A stretch of DNA of 49,799 bases from IMG/VR virus record IMGVR_UViG_3300004806_000004, positions 1 to 49,799 of that record. One strand, given 5' to 3'. The translations under genes and the position numbers were made by a program. The notes under the pieces are model-generated. The model was not told where the DNA came from and did not search any database. It was given only the letters and a program-made list of their open reading frames with translations. The DNA is from a virus. Taxonomy: Duplodnaviria > Caudoviricetes. Below, piece after piece: positions 1-9,077 of the stretch (position 1 is its first letter; every line of letters begins with the position of its first letter).

Positions 1-90
1 ATGTTTTAATATAGTTGCAGGTAGTTATTTAGATTCAGAAAATTAACCCCGTTTGTTAAACCTGTGGCAAACCATGCGGCCTGAATCACC
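1..90. repeat. 90-bp direct terminal repeat, left copy (circular assembly overlap)
   Basis: Bases 1-90 (ATGTTTTAAT...CTGAATCACC) are identical to 49710-49799. The repeat lies in the 3' end of a CDS and gene order continues across the junction. Confidence 0.95.
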
Positions 91-881
91 GGATCGGATA
101 TGAATGGCAGATTCCCCGGAGCAGTATGCAGACACCCTAGGATCACCGGATTACCATTGACCACAGTAAAGCAGGGAGACGATGAATCCCCAGAGGATGC
201 ACCACCATCAAAACCAAACGGTGCAACCTGAGTACCAGCCATGAAGGCTTCTGCACCGGGGGCGTTCACGGTGAATGTGACACTTACAAGATGATTTGAA
301 TTTCTGTGTGGCCAGATACCGGAAAACGTTTTCGGGGTGTAAAAGTTGGTGTAATTGGCCGGCAGCACGGACGGAAAAACAAACGTGTTGGGAGCAGCAT
401 TACTGATTTGCAATAGGCAAAAATCACCATAGGGATATACGGCATTGGTAACATACGCATAATAAGGCGTTCCGTTTGTATCCTTGAAGCTGATGAATTG
501 GCTGTTGGACGGTGCAAATGCACTCCAAATGTGCTGTGCTGAAATAATAAGGTTCGATGACAGCAATGTGCATTGATCGTTGGGCCCGTTATTGGTAGCA
601 ATTCCAACGCACGAAAGATTCACCGGCCACGTCCAAACTTGCTTATTTGTTCCCAAGCCGAAATCTAGATAATTGTAATAGTTTGTCTGGTTTGTGTTCG
701 ACAAAAGCGAAGTCATGTTGGCGGCAATATTGTTCAGCAGTGTCGACGGTATATTTGCCTCGCCGACATTTACCGTGGTTGCAACAGACGGCCTATTAGT
801 GGCGACGCCAAGTCCAACAAGGCTGAAAGCGTTTGCCGTCAAGCACACCAAAAAAAAGGCTGTGGCAATGACTGATTTCAT
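6..881 (-). CDS. Exported trypsin-like serine protease-fold protein
   Basis: N-terminal signal peptide MKSVIATAFFLVCLTANA. Triad-like motifs occur in order: LIISAQH (His), GDFCLLQI (Asp), GDSSSP (Ser; cf. GDSGGP). Confidence 0.7.
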   Translation of the reverse strand: MKSVIATAFFLVCLTANAFSLVGLGVATNRPSVATTVNVGEANIPSTLLNNIAANMTSLLSNTNQTNYYNYLDFGLGTNKQVWTWPVNLSCVGIATNNGPNDQCTLLSSNLIISAQHIWSAFAPSNSQFISFKDTNGTPYYAYVTNAVYPYGDFCLLQISNAAPNTFVFPSVLPANYTNFYTPKTFSGIWPHRNSNHLVSVTFTVNAPGAEAFMAGTQVAPFGFDGGASSGDSSSPCFTVVNGNPVILGCLHTAPGNLPFISDPVIQAAWFATGLTNGVNFLNLNNYLQLY

Positions 882-2494
882 TAGAATAAAAAGGTATCTT
901 GCCGGTTGCTGTTCACGTCAAAATAGCTCTTGTAATAGGTGGCCGGCAGACTGTTGGAGGCCCAAATAAACGTGCTGTTGGTTTGCTGTGTTGCCGCCCA
1001 AGCCGGTCCAGACGCCAACGGGGTTATGGTCAGAAAATTTTGAAGTGTCACCCCGTTTAAACAATTGATAATTATGGAATTATTAACGGTGTTAGTGATG
1101 TGGGCACCAGTATTTCCGCTCATGTCAATAATCCCGGCGGCATTTGCGTTGCACACACCTTGTCCGCCGGGAGCGATAATTAAACAATTGGTGCCATTGA
1201 TGGATGAGTTGACTCCGCTCTGTGGCTTTGCAAACGCAATGTTGTAATCCCCATATACGTTGACGTAACCAGAAACAAAATTGCCAGCCCCAAATATCCC
1301 CTTGTAAACGCCTGTTAAACCCGCATTAAAGCCAACATTACTAGGCCCAAAAATTCTTGATCCACAAAAACCAACGCTTCCAGAAGAACTTGCGGAGACT
1401 CCCCCGATAACCGTCGGGTAATTTGTGAATCCGGATATTCCTGTCGGAACCCATGAATTTGACGACGTTTGAGAACTTCCGCCAATTTGCATTATGCCAT
1501 ACGGGTCGGTAAACAGTGTCGAGACTTGGTTGTTGTTGTTGGTTACGGTCTTATAGACGTTCGTAGTTCCAAACAGGGCATACCACACATAGCCGTTATT
1601 TGTTAGACTCAGTTTTGAAGTGGTGTTGGTATAATAACCGTTGGTGTTCCATGTTAGGGTGGCATTATTAAACGGAACGTCACTGGTGGTAAATTTTAAG
1701 GTGTTGGTTTTTCCAACGATGCCATTAACAACTGAATTATTAAAGGAACAGTCATAATTATACAGTGCCCCGTTTTTGTAACCACCAGCGGCAAAAGAAC
1801 AAATACCAAGAGCCGACATTCCACTAAAAGCCGTTGATCCACCAAGGGCCGCCGGGTATAACGGAACATTTCCCTGTCCATTCCCCTGACCAAAAGCCGT
1901 GTACAAATTTAAAAGGCCCGCATTGCCAACCGCCGTTGGGTCCGAACCATAAATTAAAAAGCTGCCATCAATCGGGTTTGAATAGGCCAAAGAAATATAC
2001 CCGTTGGCGTTGGTTGAGGCCATAATCGTCCACGGCAGGATGCTGTTTGACACCGTTCCAAACATCCAACCGTTTGCTCCGTTTGCCATCAGCACCGTTC
2101 CGGCTGATCCCGTGGAGGCGGTGTTTGTAAGGGGAATCGGGTTCACCAGATTCAGCGTGCTCACGGTGAGTGATTGAAAATTCGCATTCACAGGAAGCGG
2201 CCCAGTGGTTGACGGATAAATTCCGTTTGTCGGATCACCAGCCCACAGCGTAGGCACATTAATCAGGTTGGTGATATTTGCACCATTACCAACAAAGTTA
2301 GAAGACGTAACAGTGTTGGCATTAGTCAAACTAAACCCGGCACCATTGATGTCAGAAGTCCAAGGTGTGATTGGACCACCACCTCCACCACCAGTCCCTG
2401 TTCCACCACTGATAGTACCTCCCGCGCCAATTCCATTTCCTGCAAAGATGGAAAGAGGCGAAATTAACAGTAAGTAAGTGAGTAAGTTTTTCAT
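881..2494 (-). CDS. Exported Gly/Asn/Thr-rich fibre/adhesin-like protein
   Basis: Signal peptide MKNLLTYLLLISPLSIFA, a poly-Gly linker, the fibre-like motif SSNFVGNGANITNL and low charge. Lies in the late operon. Confidence 0.55.
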   Translation of the reverse strand: MKNLLTYLLLISPLSIFAGNGIGAGGTISGGTGTGGGGGGPITPWTSDINGAGFSLTNANTVTSSNFVGNGANITNLINVPTLWAGDPTNGIYPSTTGPLPVNANFQSLTVSTLNLVNPIPLTNTASTGSAGTVLMANGANGWMFGTVSNSILPWTIMASTNANGYISLAYSNPIDGSFLIYGSDPTAVGNAGLLNLYTAFGQGNGQGNVPLYPAALGGSTAFSGMSALGICSFAAGGYKNGALYNYDCSFNNSVVNGIVGKTNTLKFTTSDVPFNNATLTWNTNGYYTNTTSKLSLTNNGYVWYALFGTTNVYKTVTNNNNQVSTLFTDPYGIMQIGGSSQTSSNSWVPTGISGFTNYPTVIGGVSASSSGSVGFCGSRIFGPSNVGFNAGLTGVYKGIFGAGNFVSGYVNVYGDYNIAFAKPQSGVNSSINGTNCLIIAPGGQGVCNANAAGIIDMSGNTGAHITNTVNNSIIINCLNGVTLQNFLTITPLASGPAWAATQQTNSTFIWASNSLPATYYKSYFDVNSNRQDTFLF

Positions 2495-2856
2495 GACACT
2501 TGAGTGTTGAAGAACCCAGGAAAGGTGGACAAATCTTTCCGTGCCAAGATGGTTGTACTAACAGTTACATTAGACGTAGAATACACCCAAACAGCATCGC
2601 CAAAGTTGGATGCATCAAATTGTTGATATGGAGCGAGAATACCGTTATAGTTGGTTGTGTCGCATTGATGACCAATAGCATAGTACACAACATTCACAGG
2701 ATCATTATTCTGCACATACCTACCAGCGTATTCAAGAGGATCACCACGAACAGCAGGAAGAATGGGTGTGCCAAGCTGAGTATTGGCAGAAAGCTTAACA
2801 GGATTGGTCGGAATGCATGTCACCGACTTATCTACTGCATTGATTGTTCTGATCAT
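2491..2856 (-). CDS. Hypothetical virion-associated protein
   Basis: ORF in the late operon with an ATGA overlap into the next gene. ATG at 2856 (context ACTAATATG) is preferred over GTG at 2904. Confidence 0.6.
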   Translation of the reverse strand: MIRTINAVDKSVTCIPTNPVKLSANTQLGTPILPAVRGDPLEYAGRYVQNNDPVNVVYYAIGHQCDTTNYNGILAPYQQFDASNFGDAVWVYSTSNVTVSTTILARKDLSTFPGFFNTQVS

Positions 2857-2915
2857 ATTAGTGGTGAAAGGAAGTGGTAGTGTATAGGAATTGGACCTAT
2901 ACACTACCGGTTGAA

Positions 2916-3419
2916 TTAACGATACTGAATAGTCAGCGTCACGATACCAGAACTGGTGTTGGTAGCAAACACACCATTGTCGAAGTAGTAACCAGCAGAC
3001 GACTGATTACCAAACTGAACAGTGGAGTTAGACGCAACAGAGCTAGAGAAACGAATCGGATAGAAACTCGTCGTAGCAGCTTGAGTATTAGTGATGGTGA
3101 ACAATGCAATGTTGGTGAAACCCTGAGCGACACCATAATAGTTCGTCCAGAGAACAGGCAAGTTCGTAGCATACCGAGTGATATACGTGTACGAGGCATT
3201 GGTGAAGCCGAGGCTGTTGGTCGGAGTATCAATCAACTGGAACGAAACGTTCGTGCCAGGAGCTTGAGCCGTGATCTGTTGCACATACACTGAACCAGGA
3301 AATCCAGTGAGCAAGTTAGTGAACGTTCCAGGTTGAACAGCGAGTGTAACGGTATTACCAGCAAAGGCCGAGACCATGCTAGCAGCACCGACAAACAGGG
3401 AGATGAGTGACTTTTTCAT
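2916..3419 (-). CDS. Exported TN-rich protein, possible capsid decoration protein
   Basis: Signal peptide MKKSLISLFVGAASMVSAFA, beta-rich composition and 9 TN dipeptides. Immediately follows the capsid gene. Confidence 0.55.
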   Translation of the reverse strand: MKKSLISLFVGAASMVSAFAGNTVTLAVQPGTFTNLLTGFPGSVYVQQITAQAPGTNVSFQLIDTPTNSLGFTNASYTYITRYATNLPVLWTNYYGVAQGFTNIALFTITNTQAATTSFYPIRFSSSVASNSTVQFGNQSSAGYYFDNGVFATNTSSGIVTLTIQYR

Positions 3420-3457
3420 TAGTTTAATTTATTGGTTAAATGTTAATGATTATTTGA

Positions 3458-4783
3458 TTAAGCCTGTTGAACGCTCGGACGAGCACGAGCGATGATCAAC
3501 GGGAACGCGAAACGGCGTTCAGTGAAGATCAAACCGTGCATGAGCGAGGCCTTGAGTTGCAAGTTCTCACCGAAATCATTCAATTCCAGAGAGCCGTCAG
3601 CGTTGACGATGATCAACTGATCAGTCAAGCGAACTTCACCATTCCAACGGAGAGAATAGAATTTCTCCGCAGACATATTCTTCGTCGCAAACTCTTTCGG
3701 GGGAGGGCCAACCTTGAGAGTTTTGCAGAAGTTGTCACCAAGCAACCAAGCAATGGTGTACGGAGCGGAGATGAGTGACGTGTAATACGGATTCGGTTTC
3801 CACTTGTTATCCGTAGGATCGAAGATTTCAGGATCGATCGGAGCACCGGCAGCCCAGAGAACGTTACCAGCGCCGTCAACAATATTGGTAGTGTTGTAAC
3901 GGATAGGATACTTCTTGATTTTGCAGGTCACCTGACCGAACAGAGATCCCTTGAAGTCCTCAAACACAAGGTTCAAATCGCAAGGAGCAAGGCCTTGGAG
4001 CTTGTTCAAGACATCGGGATCGAACGTGAAGTTATACCAATCTTCCGACGAGCAGAAGAGAGCATAACGACCTTTCAAACCTTCGTTATCCTTGGGCATG
4101 TTCTTCGCACCAGTAAACTGAGGAGCGCCAAGGTCATCCTGCAAGTTCATCAACGCGCGATAAACATCACGCAAACGGAGGTTCTGAATAGCACCAGTGT
4201 TACCACCAGTACCCTGAGTAACCCCAACCAACCAAGCAGAAGTTTTGGAATTCGCAGCATTCAACGCCGTGTTGCCCTGAGCGGTAGGAGCACCACCAAC
4301 AAGTCCGGTACCGCAGAGATACACATACTGGCAACCAAACCACATCTGAGTCTCAATGAATTGGTTATCACTGATCGAGATCTGTTTGATGATGTCATCA
4401 CTGTTGAACTTAATGTACTTGTCCCAGAACGCTTGGAACGAAGGGAGGAAGTTAAACACATACGATCCATACTTGTGACGGTACAGAACGGCGGTTTCGT
4501 TAGATTCGCTAATCTGATAGATGTCCTTGTTAGGAGCAGCCGTAACAGGATTAGGGAAGAAGAATGAGCGACCAACGGGAGAACGCTGCGGAGTCACAGC
4601 TTCCATCGTGGTACCCATGTTTTCTTGCCACGGGAGAGTGCCATACAGCTGAGTGAATTCATTCCAAACAGCGTATTGTTCGATTTCGTTATGAACCAGA
4701 TAGAACGGAAGCTGGGCAAAGCGATTTACTGGTTCGATAATCGCATTACTAAACTGCCCAGGTAGATTGTAGAATGACGGCAT
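3458..4783 (-). CDS. Major capsid protein (putative)
   Basis: 441 aa, in the order portal-scaffold-capsid, with its own promoter and a long leader. Called by synteny and size, not by a recognised motif. Confidence 0.75.
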   Translation of the reverse strand: MPSFYNLPGQFSNAIIEPVNRFAQLPFYLVHNEIEQYAVWNEFTQLYGTLPWQENMGTTMEAVTPQRSPVGRSFFFPNPVTAAPNKDIYQISESNETAVLYRHKYGSYVFNFLPSFQAFWDKYIKFNSDDIIKQISISDNQFIETQMWFGCQYVYLCGTGLVGGAPTAQGNTALNAANSKTSAWLVGVTQGTGGNTGAIQNLRLRDVYRALMNLQDDLGAPQFTGAKNMPKDNEGLKGRYALFCSSEDWYNFTFDPDVLNKLQGLAPCDLNLVFEDFKGSLFGQVTCKIKKYPIRYNTTNIVDGAGNVLWAAGAPIDPEIFDPTDNKWKPNPYYTSLISAPYTIAWLLGDNFCKTLKVGPPPKEFATKNMSAEKFYSLRWNGEVRLTDQLIIVNADGSLELNDFGENLQLKASLMHGLIFTERRFAFPLIIARARPSVQQA

Positions 4784-4939
4784 AGGAGTTTATTGTGCTA
4801 ATAGAGAGGTAACTTACTCTCAGATTAAGGGGTGTTTAAAACCGTTAAACACTCAAACACGTTGTTGTATGCCCTTACAACTAACATTAGAGGCAGGTTG
4901 CCATATGCCCTTATGACTTATTTGAGGCGAGTACTTGAT

Positions 4940-4955
4940 AGCAAGGTTCATGCCA
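4940..4955 (-). promoter_or_regulatory. sigma54 -24/-12 promoter for the capsid operon
   Basis: Minus strand reads (T)TGGCATGAACCTTGCT(A), i.e. GG-N10-GC. Intergenic and facing the capsid gene. Confidence 0.85.
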
Positions 4956-4969
4956 AGTGTCAGTTAACG

Positions 4970-6202
4970 TTAACGAGTGGGAATACCTTCTATAGAAAAG
5001 GTAGATGGAATACCCTTACGTTTAGCTGCTCCATCTGTGGCCCCAGACCGATCAGACGAAGGTTCAACTAGGCGCTCTTCGCTCTTCTTAACTGTCGCCA
5101 CTTTACTCTGTGTTTGCAGCTGGCGCAACTGTGCACTTTGGATTTGCAGAGCTACAAATAGGTTAGCTGCAACGTTAACGCCGGGGGTATTGGCGAGGTA
5201 ATCAGGGAAGAGAGATTTGAAATCTTGAACGACTTCCCTAACCTTCTTCTCACCCACACCATCAACATCTAATGTATGGTCAAGTAGAGTTTGATCTGCT
5301 ACCCAAGCGAACCTATTGCGTTGTTCGTTCTCGATAGCTTGAAGATCCTGTATAATTTGCTTTGAATGATTAACTTGATATTGACTCAACTCACCAACAA
5401 AACGTTGTTCAGCTTGTTGACAAGCCATAACATTGCCCTGCAATCGAATTTCGTCTCGGTCAGTTGGCATACGTTCCTCAGACATGACAGGGCGACCATT
5501 GGTATCAAATCCTGTGATCTCACGATACTTCTTCCCAGCACGGATATCGAGTAATGCTTGTTCCCAAATACGACCTTCAACCTTAGCTCTGGTAGTTTTC
5601 GTTTGCAACTCTTGAAATTTCGGTGACAGAACGTATGCCTGTTCGTGTTGGAGGTAGGATGCGTCTTTCAGCTTCTCCAATGACTTACGTTCATCAAGCA
5701 TCTTCACCACACGCTCACGTGCTTTCTTAGACATATTCTTCAACATATCTTGCTCATCAGCAGCATACTTCGTATAGTCAAACACGTCCTGCTCTCCGCC
5801 CTGACCATCCTTCTTAACAGGTGAGATTTGCGTAATCTTCTTACTCGCAGTCTCATCTTTCTTCCCTTCGGCAGCTGTAGCTGGGGCGGGTGTAGAATCA
5901 GATTTAACCACCACCGCTGGATCGACCGCAGACTCAGAAGACTTAGGTTTATCAGGATCAACAGGTTTCGACTCATCCTTCGTTGCTTTAGAAGACTCCG
6001 GTCCAGTAGTTTCAACCTTAGTCGGTACCTCAGCAATAGGCTTCCCATCAACTTTAACCTCAGTTAAATCCCGTTTAGTCTCAACTAACGATGGATCAAA
6101 GTTAAATGTCTGACTCTTCACACTCTCCGGAATCTCAACTGGTTCTGAGAATGGAGGGGTGATGTTGTTTGCTTGTCCTGATTGTTTAAATGGCTCACTC
6201 AT
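4970..6202 (-). CDS. Capsid scaffolding protein (putative)
   Basis: Disordered charged/Pro-rich N-half and helical coiled-coil C-half, located between portal and capsid. Confidence 0.7.
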   Translation of the reverse strand: MSEPFKQSGQANNITPPFSEPVEIPESVKSQTFNFDPSLVETKRDLTEVKVDGKPIAEVPTKVETTGPESSKATKDESKPVDPDKPKSSESAVDPAVVVKSDSTPAPATAAEGKKDETASKKITQISPVKKDGQGGEQDVFDYTKYAADEQDMLKNMSKKARERVVKMLDERKSLEKLKDASYLQHEQAYVLSPKFQELQTKTTRAKVEGRIWEQALLDIRAGKKYREITGFDTNGRPVMSEERMPTDRDEIRLQGNVMACQQAEQRFVGELSQYQVNHSKQIIQDLQAIENEQRNRFAWVADQTLLDHTLDVDGVGEKKVREVVQDFKSLFPDYLANTPGVNVAANLFVALQIQSAQLRQLQTQSKVATVKKSEERLVEPSSDRSGATDGAAKRKGIPSTFSIEGIPTR

Positions 6203-6212
6203 ATTATGTCAT

Positions 6213-6515
6213 TTACTGTTGTTTAGGTTTGTTTGATTCAGCCTTAGCTACGAACTCACTTGTCGTCGTAACTAGCGCTAAAATTGTATCAATAGTTTTG
6301 ATTCCATAACTGTACATACGGAACATTTCATTCGGTACAGTTGAATCGATCGAATACCCCGCTAGTGCACGAGTGTACTTCTCTCTCAGATCTCGCATGT
6401 GAGAGATCATCTGAGATGTTACTGGATGACCCAGCCATTCAGTGTGTTGTAATGTCAACACTTGATTGATGTCGAACTGTGGCTTGTGCGGAGTAAATTC
6501 TACTTCTGAGTTCAT
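6213..6515 (-). CDS. Small hypothetical protein between portal and scaffold
   Basis: 100-aa ORF coupled to the portal stop codon. Confidence 0.65.
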   Translation of the reverse strand: MNSEVEFTPHKPQFDINQVLTLQHTEWLGHPVTSQMISHMRDLREKYTRALAGYSIDSTVPNEMFRMYSYGIKTIDTILALVTTTSEFVAKAESNKPKQQ

Positions 6516-8410
6516 TATTTCTGTCCTTTCATCATTTGTTCAAGTTGTGCTGCACCTTGCTCAATTACTGGGTATGCGTGAATCTTACCAGTTTCAGAGA
6601 AGAACTCAGGATGTTTCGACAGCTGAATTACCTTATCCGCTGCACCCTTAGCAATGCCCATCATCTGTTGCGATTGCTGAGCCTGCGCCGACTGCTGCTG
6701 TTGCTGTGCCTGCTGCATAGCTGCAATATACTTCGGTGCGTTATTCGGAAACATCAGCATGAGTAAGTCGCTAAGGAACGGTTGAGCAGCAGCTGTCTGT
6801 TGAATCACTGGCCACGCTTGCATCATGGTCTGTACCATAGTTTGCTTCTCAATCACATCAACATCTCCCGCCGGTTTGACATACCATGTACGCTGGTACA
6901 ATGGCATGAGATTGGGAGAGACTTTAATTAATCCAGCCAATACACGGCTACGGATAATGTCACACATGTACTGGTATTTCTCCCTAGTTGCAGTTGAGAA
7001 CAGTGTTACCTGAACACCACTCAATAATGTCTGCTGTTGAGCAGAGAACTTAATAGCTGCTGCGGTCTTCCGACTATCACCTTGACGATTGTTCTCAGCA
7101 TAATTGACTTGTGATGTCTCCTGTTGATTGGCAGAGATTAACGTATTGATAGCTGTGAACATTTGCGCGTCAGGCGCGTCTAGTTTCAACTCTTTGATCT
7201 TACCGTTAATCAATGCTCCAGTGCGGAAATAGACATTCTTCTGCATCAAGAAGTCATCATTAGGATCAGTAGTATCCTTACTAAAGTATAGTCCACTTGA
7301 TCTCCGAGCCTGTGTGAGGGTAGATGACAACAAACTTGTCGCTCCAGACTGAACATCTTGATCAAGAAAGATGCGCCCTTTCAAACACGCGATGGTGTTG
7401 TTTTCCGTAATCAGATAAGGATAAATGAAGTACGGATACATGGTTTCATACTCTGCATCTGATGCAGGTACGCCAGACTTGATCTGTTCGATATGGTCAT
7501 CCGTTACCCCTGGCATCATACCCTTGGCTATAGAGAGTAACGGTGCAGGAGTGTTCTTGATGATCGCAGCCTTAGAGTTAGCTTCGTCAACAAGTCTACG
7601 TCGTCCTACGAACAACTTCCTAGGTTTCCGCAACCAGTCAGAACACAGTGTAGGTTCCGCCCAAGCAACATACACATACCCATCAACACGGAACATAAGC
7701 TTCATCAGCTTATACAGCGAGCGATTAACTGTGGTAGTACCAGAGTAGATCTGTGATTGTTCATCATTTGGCTGTGCAGCCAACACTTTATCAACCTGTT
7801 CTTTATCCCACCTCTCATCCTCATCTTTTTTCTTTGTCAACGCTACCAAATCAGTTTTAGTGAAGTAGTACGCACGCGCTATGATCTCAGCTTTCTGAAT
7901 GTCTTTGGTATCCGCAATGAAAGCGAAATCACCAAATTGAACCATCTCACAGCCCAATTCTCCAGGGTTATTCGTGTCACGTACAACTTCCATCACTCCA
8001 TAACCGAACGATTGCATGGAGTCAATGTTAGAGAACTCTGGTAGTTGCCAACCGTCGTAACGCAACTTTGCCGTCAGATCTTGCTCCAGGAGACTCAGGT
8101 CCAGCTCTAACTGTTCTTTATCTTTCAGTATCACTGCCCGATTGCTCTGCGACACGAATTGAATATACGGCGCTTGCTCACGACGAATGTTCGTATCGAT
8201 AATATGAATCGGCACATACATTTCATCCGGTGCAATTCTCCCCGCCTTACGCTCAATCTCAACATCAACTTCTGCGTATCGCAACCTACGGCCACCTAAC
8301 ATTTTAGCTGTTAGATCGAACGAAACATCACGTAACGTGCGTACCTTATCAGCAAGTTTGGTGTAGTCGGTGCTGTTGATAAAATCGAGATTTGAATCTT
8401 CTGGTGACAT
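6515..8410 (-). CDS. Portal protein (putative)
   Basis: 631 aa, downstream of terminase. Has a KTAAAI helical segment and a Gln-rich C-terminal barrel-like region typical of P22/podovirus portals. Confidence 0.8.
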   Translation of the reverse strand: MSPEDSNLDFINSTDYTKLADKVRTLRDVSFDLTAKMLGGRRLRYAEVDVEIERKAGRIAPDEMYVPIHIIDTNIRREQAPYIQFVSQSNRAVILKDKEQLELDLSLLEQDLTAKLRYDGWQLPEFSNIDSMQSFGYGVMEVVRDTNNPGELGCEMVQFGDFAFIADTKDIQKAEIIARAYYFTKTDLVALTKKKDEDERWDKEQVDKVLAAQPNDEQSQIYSGTTTVNRSLYKLMKLMFRVDGYVYVAWAEPTLCSDWLRKPRKLFVGRRRLVDEANSKAAIIKNTPAPLLSIAKGMMPGVTDDHIEQIKSGVPASDAEYETMYPYFIYPYLITENNTIACLKGRIFLDQDVQSGATSLLSSTLTQARRSSGLYFSKDTTDPNDDFLMQKNVYFRTGALINGKIKELKLDAPDAQMFTAINTLISANQQETSQVNYAENNRQGDSRKTAAAIKFSAQQQTLLSGVQVTLFSTATREKYQYMCDIIRSRVLAGLIKVSPNLMPLYQRTWYVKPAGDVDVIEKQTMVQTMMQAWPVIQQTAAAQPFLSDLLMLMFPNNAPKYIAAMQQAQQQQQSAQAQQSQQMMGIAKGAADKVIQLSKHPEFFSETGKIHAYPVIEQGAAQLEQMMKGQK

Positions 8411-8435
8411 AAAGCGGGGAGTTTGTTGTTAACAC

Positions 8436-8693
8436 TTAGCCGGGCATTGCTTCCGTAGAGTAGTTCTCAGGTGTAGGAGTGTTACCTTTCTTCATCGCAC
8501 CTTTCATTTTCTTCTCACCTTTACTCATCTCTTCTTTCCTCATTTTATCTTCGTGATCATACACACGTTCACGAATGTGAGCTAGGTGGTGTTTCGTCGT
8601 AGCCTTACTCAGCAACTCATGAGTCTGTTTCTGAAACTCCTCAGGCACAACTACTCCGTCTCCGTCGGACTGGGATTCGATTTCGGGTGGCAT
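8436..8693 (-). CDS. Hypothetical protein
   Basis: 85-aa charged ORF filling the operon. Confidence 0.6.
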   Translation of the reverse strand: MPPEIESQSDGDGVVVPEEFQKQTHELLSKATTKHHLAHIRERVYDHEDKMRKEEMSKGEKKMKGAMKKGNTPTPENYSTEAMPG

Positions 8694-8701
8694 AATAGTA
8701 G

Positions 8702-9073
8702 TTATTTAGATGTTTTCACAGGTTGCACAGGGGCCGTCTGGGCCACAGGAAGGAACGATGACGTAGGCTTGCCATTCTTATCGCGCCCATCTGCACGACC
8801 AAACAGTACGCCTTTAATGTTGAGCGTCTCATCAGTTTCATTCATGACGAATGACACGCCAATCTCGTTCACATACACATTCATGGCGTTCTTCATGGGT
8901 TTAATATCCGGTGGCATGAACTGTCCGCAATGTGGGCAGATCTTACTTTCAGGTTTAGCGATGAATGTACGCTCACGGGGATTGTATGTTTCAATTTTCT
9001 CAGTGCGAGTAATGTCACCTTTCAGTGCCACAACAGTTGTAGGAGCTACATTTGAGTCAGGATTATTTGACAT
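8702..9073 (-). CDS. Hypothetical protein with CPHC motif
   Basis: 123-aa ORF starting 4 nt after the terminase stop. Confidence 0.6.
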   Translation of the reverse strand: MSNNPDSNVAPTTVVALKGDITRTEKIETYNPRERTFIAKPESKICPHCGQFMPPDIKPMKNAMNVYVNEIGVSFVMNETDETLNIKGVLFGRADGRDKNGKPTSSFLPVAQTAPVQPVKTSK

Positions 9074-9077
9074 ATGA

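Noticed and set aside
1-90. Terminal repeat as the physical virion DTR
   Set aside because: It lies in the 3' end of a CDS within an operon and is best explained as circular assembly overlap.
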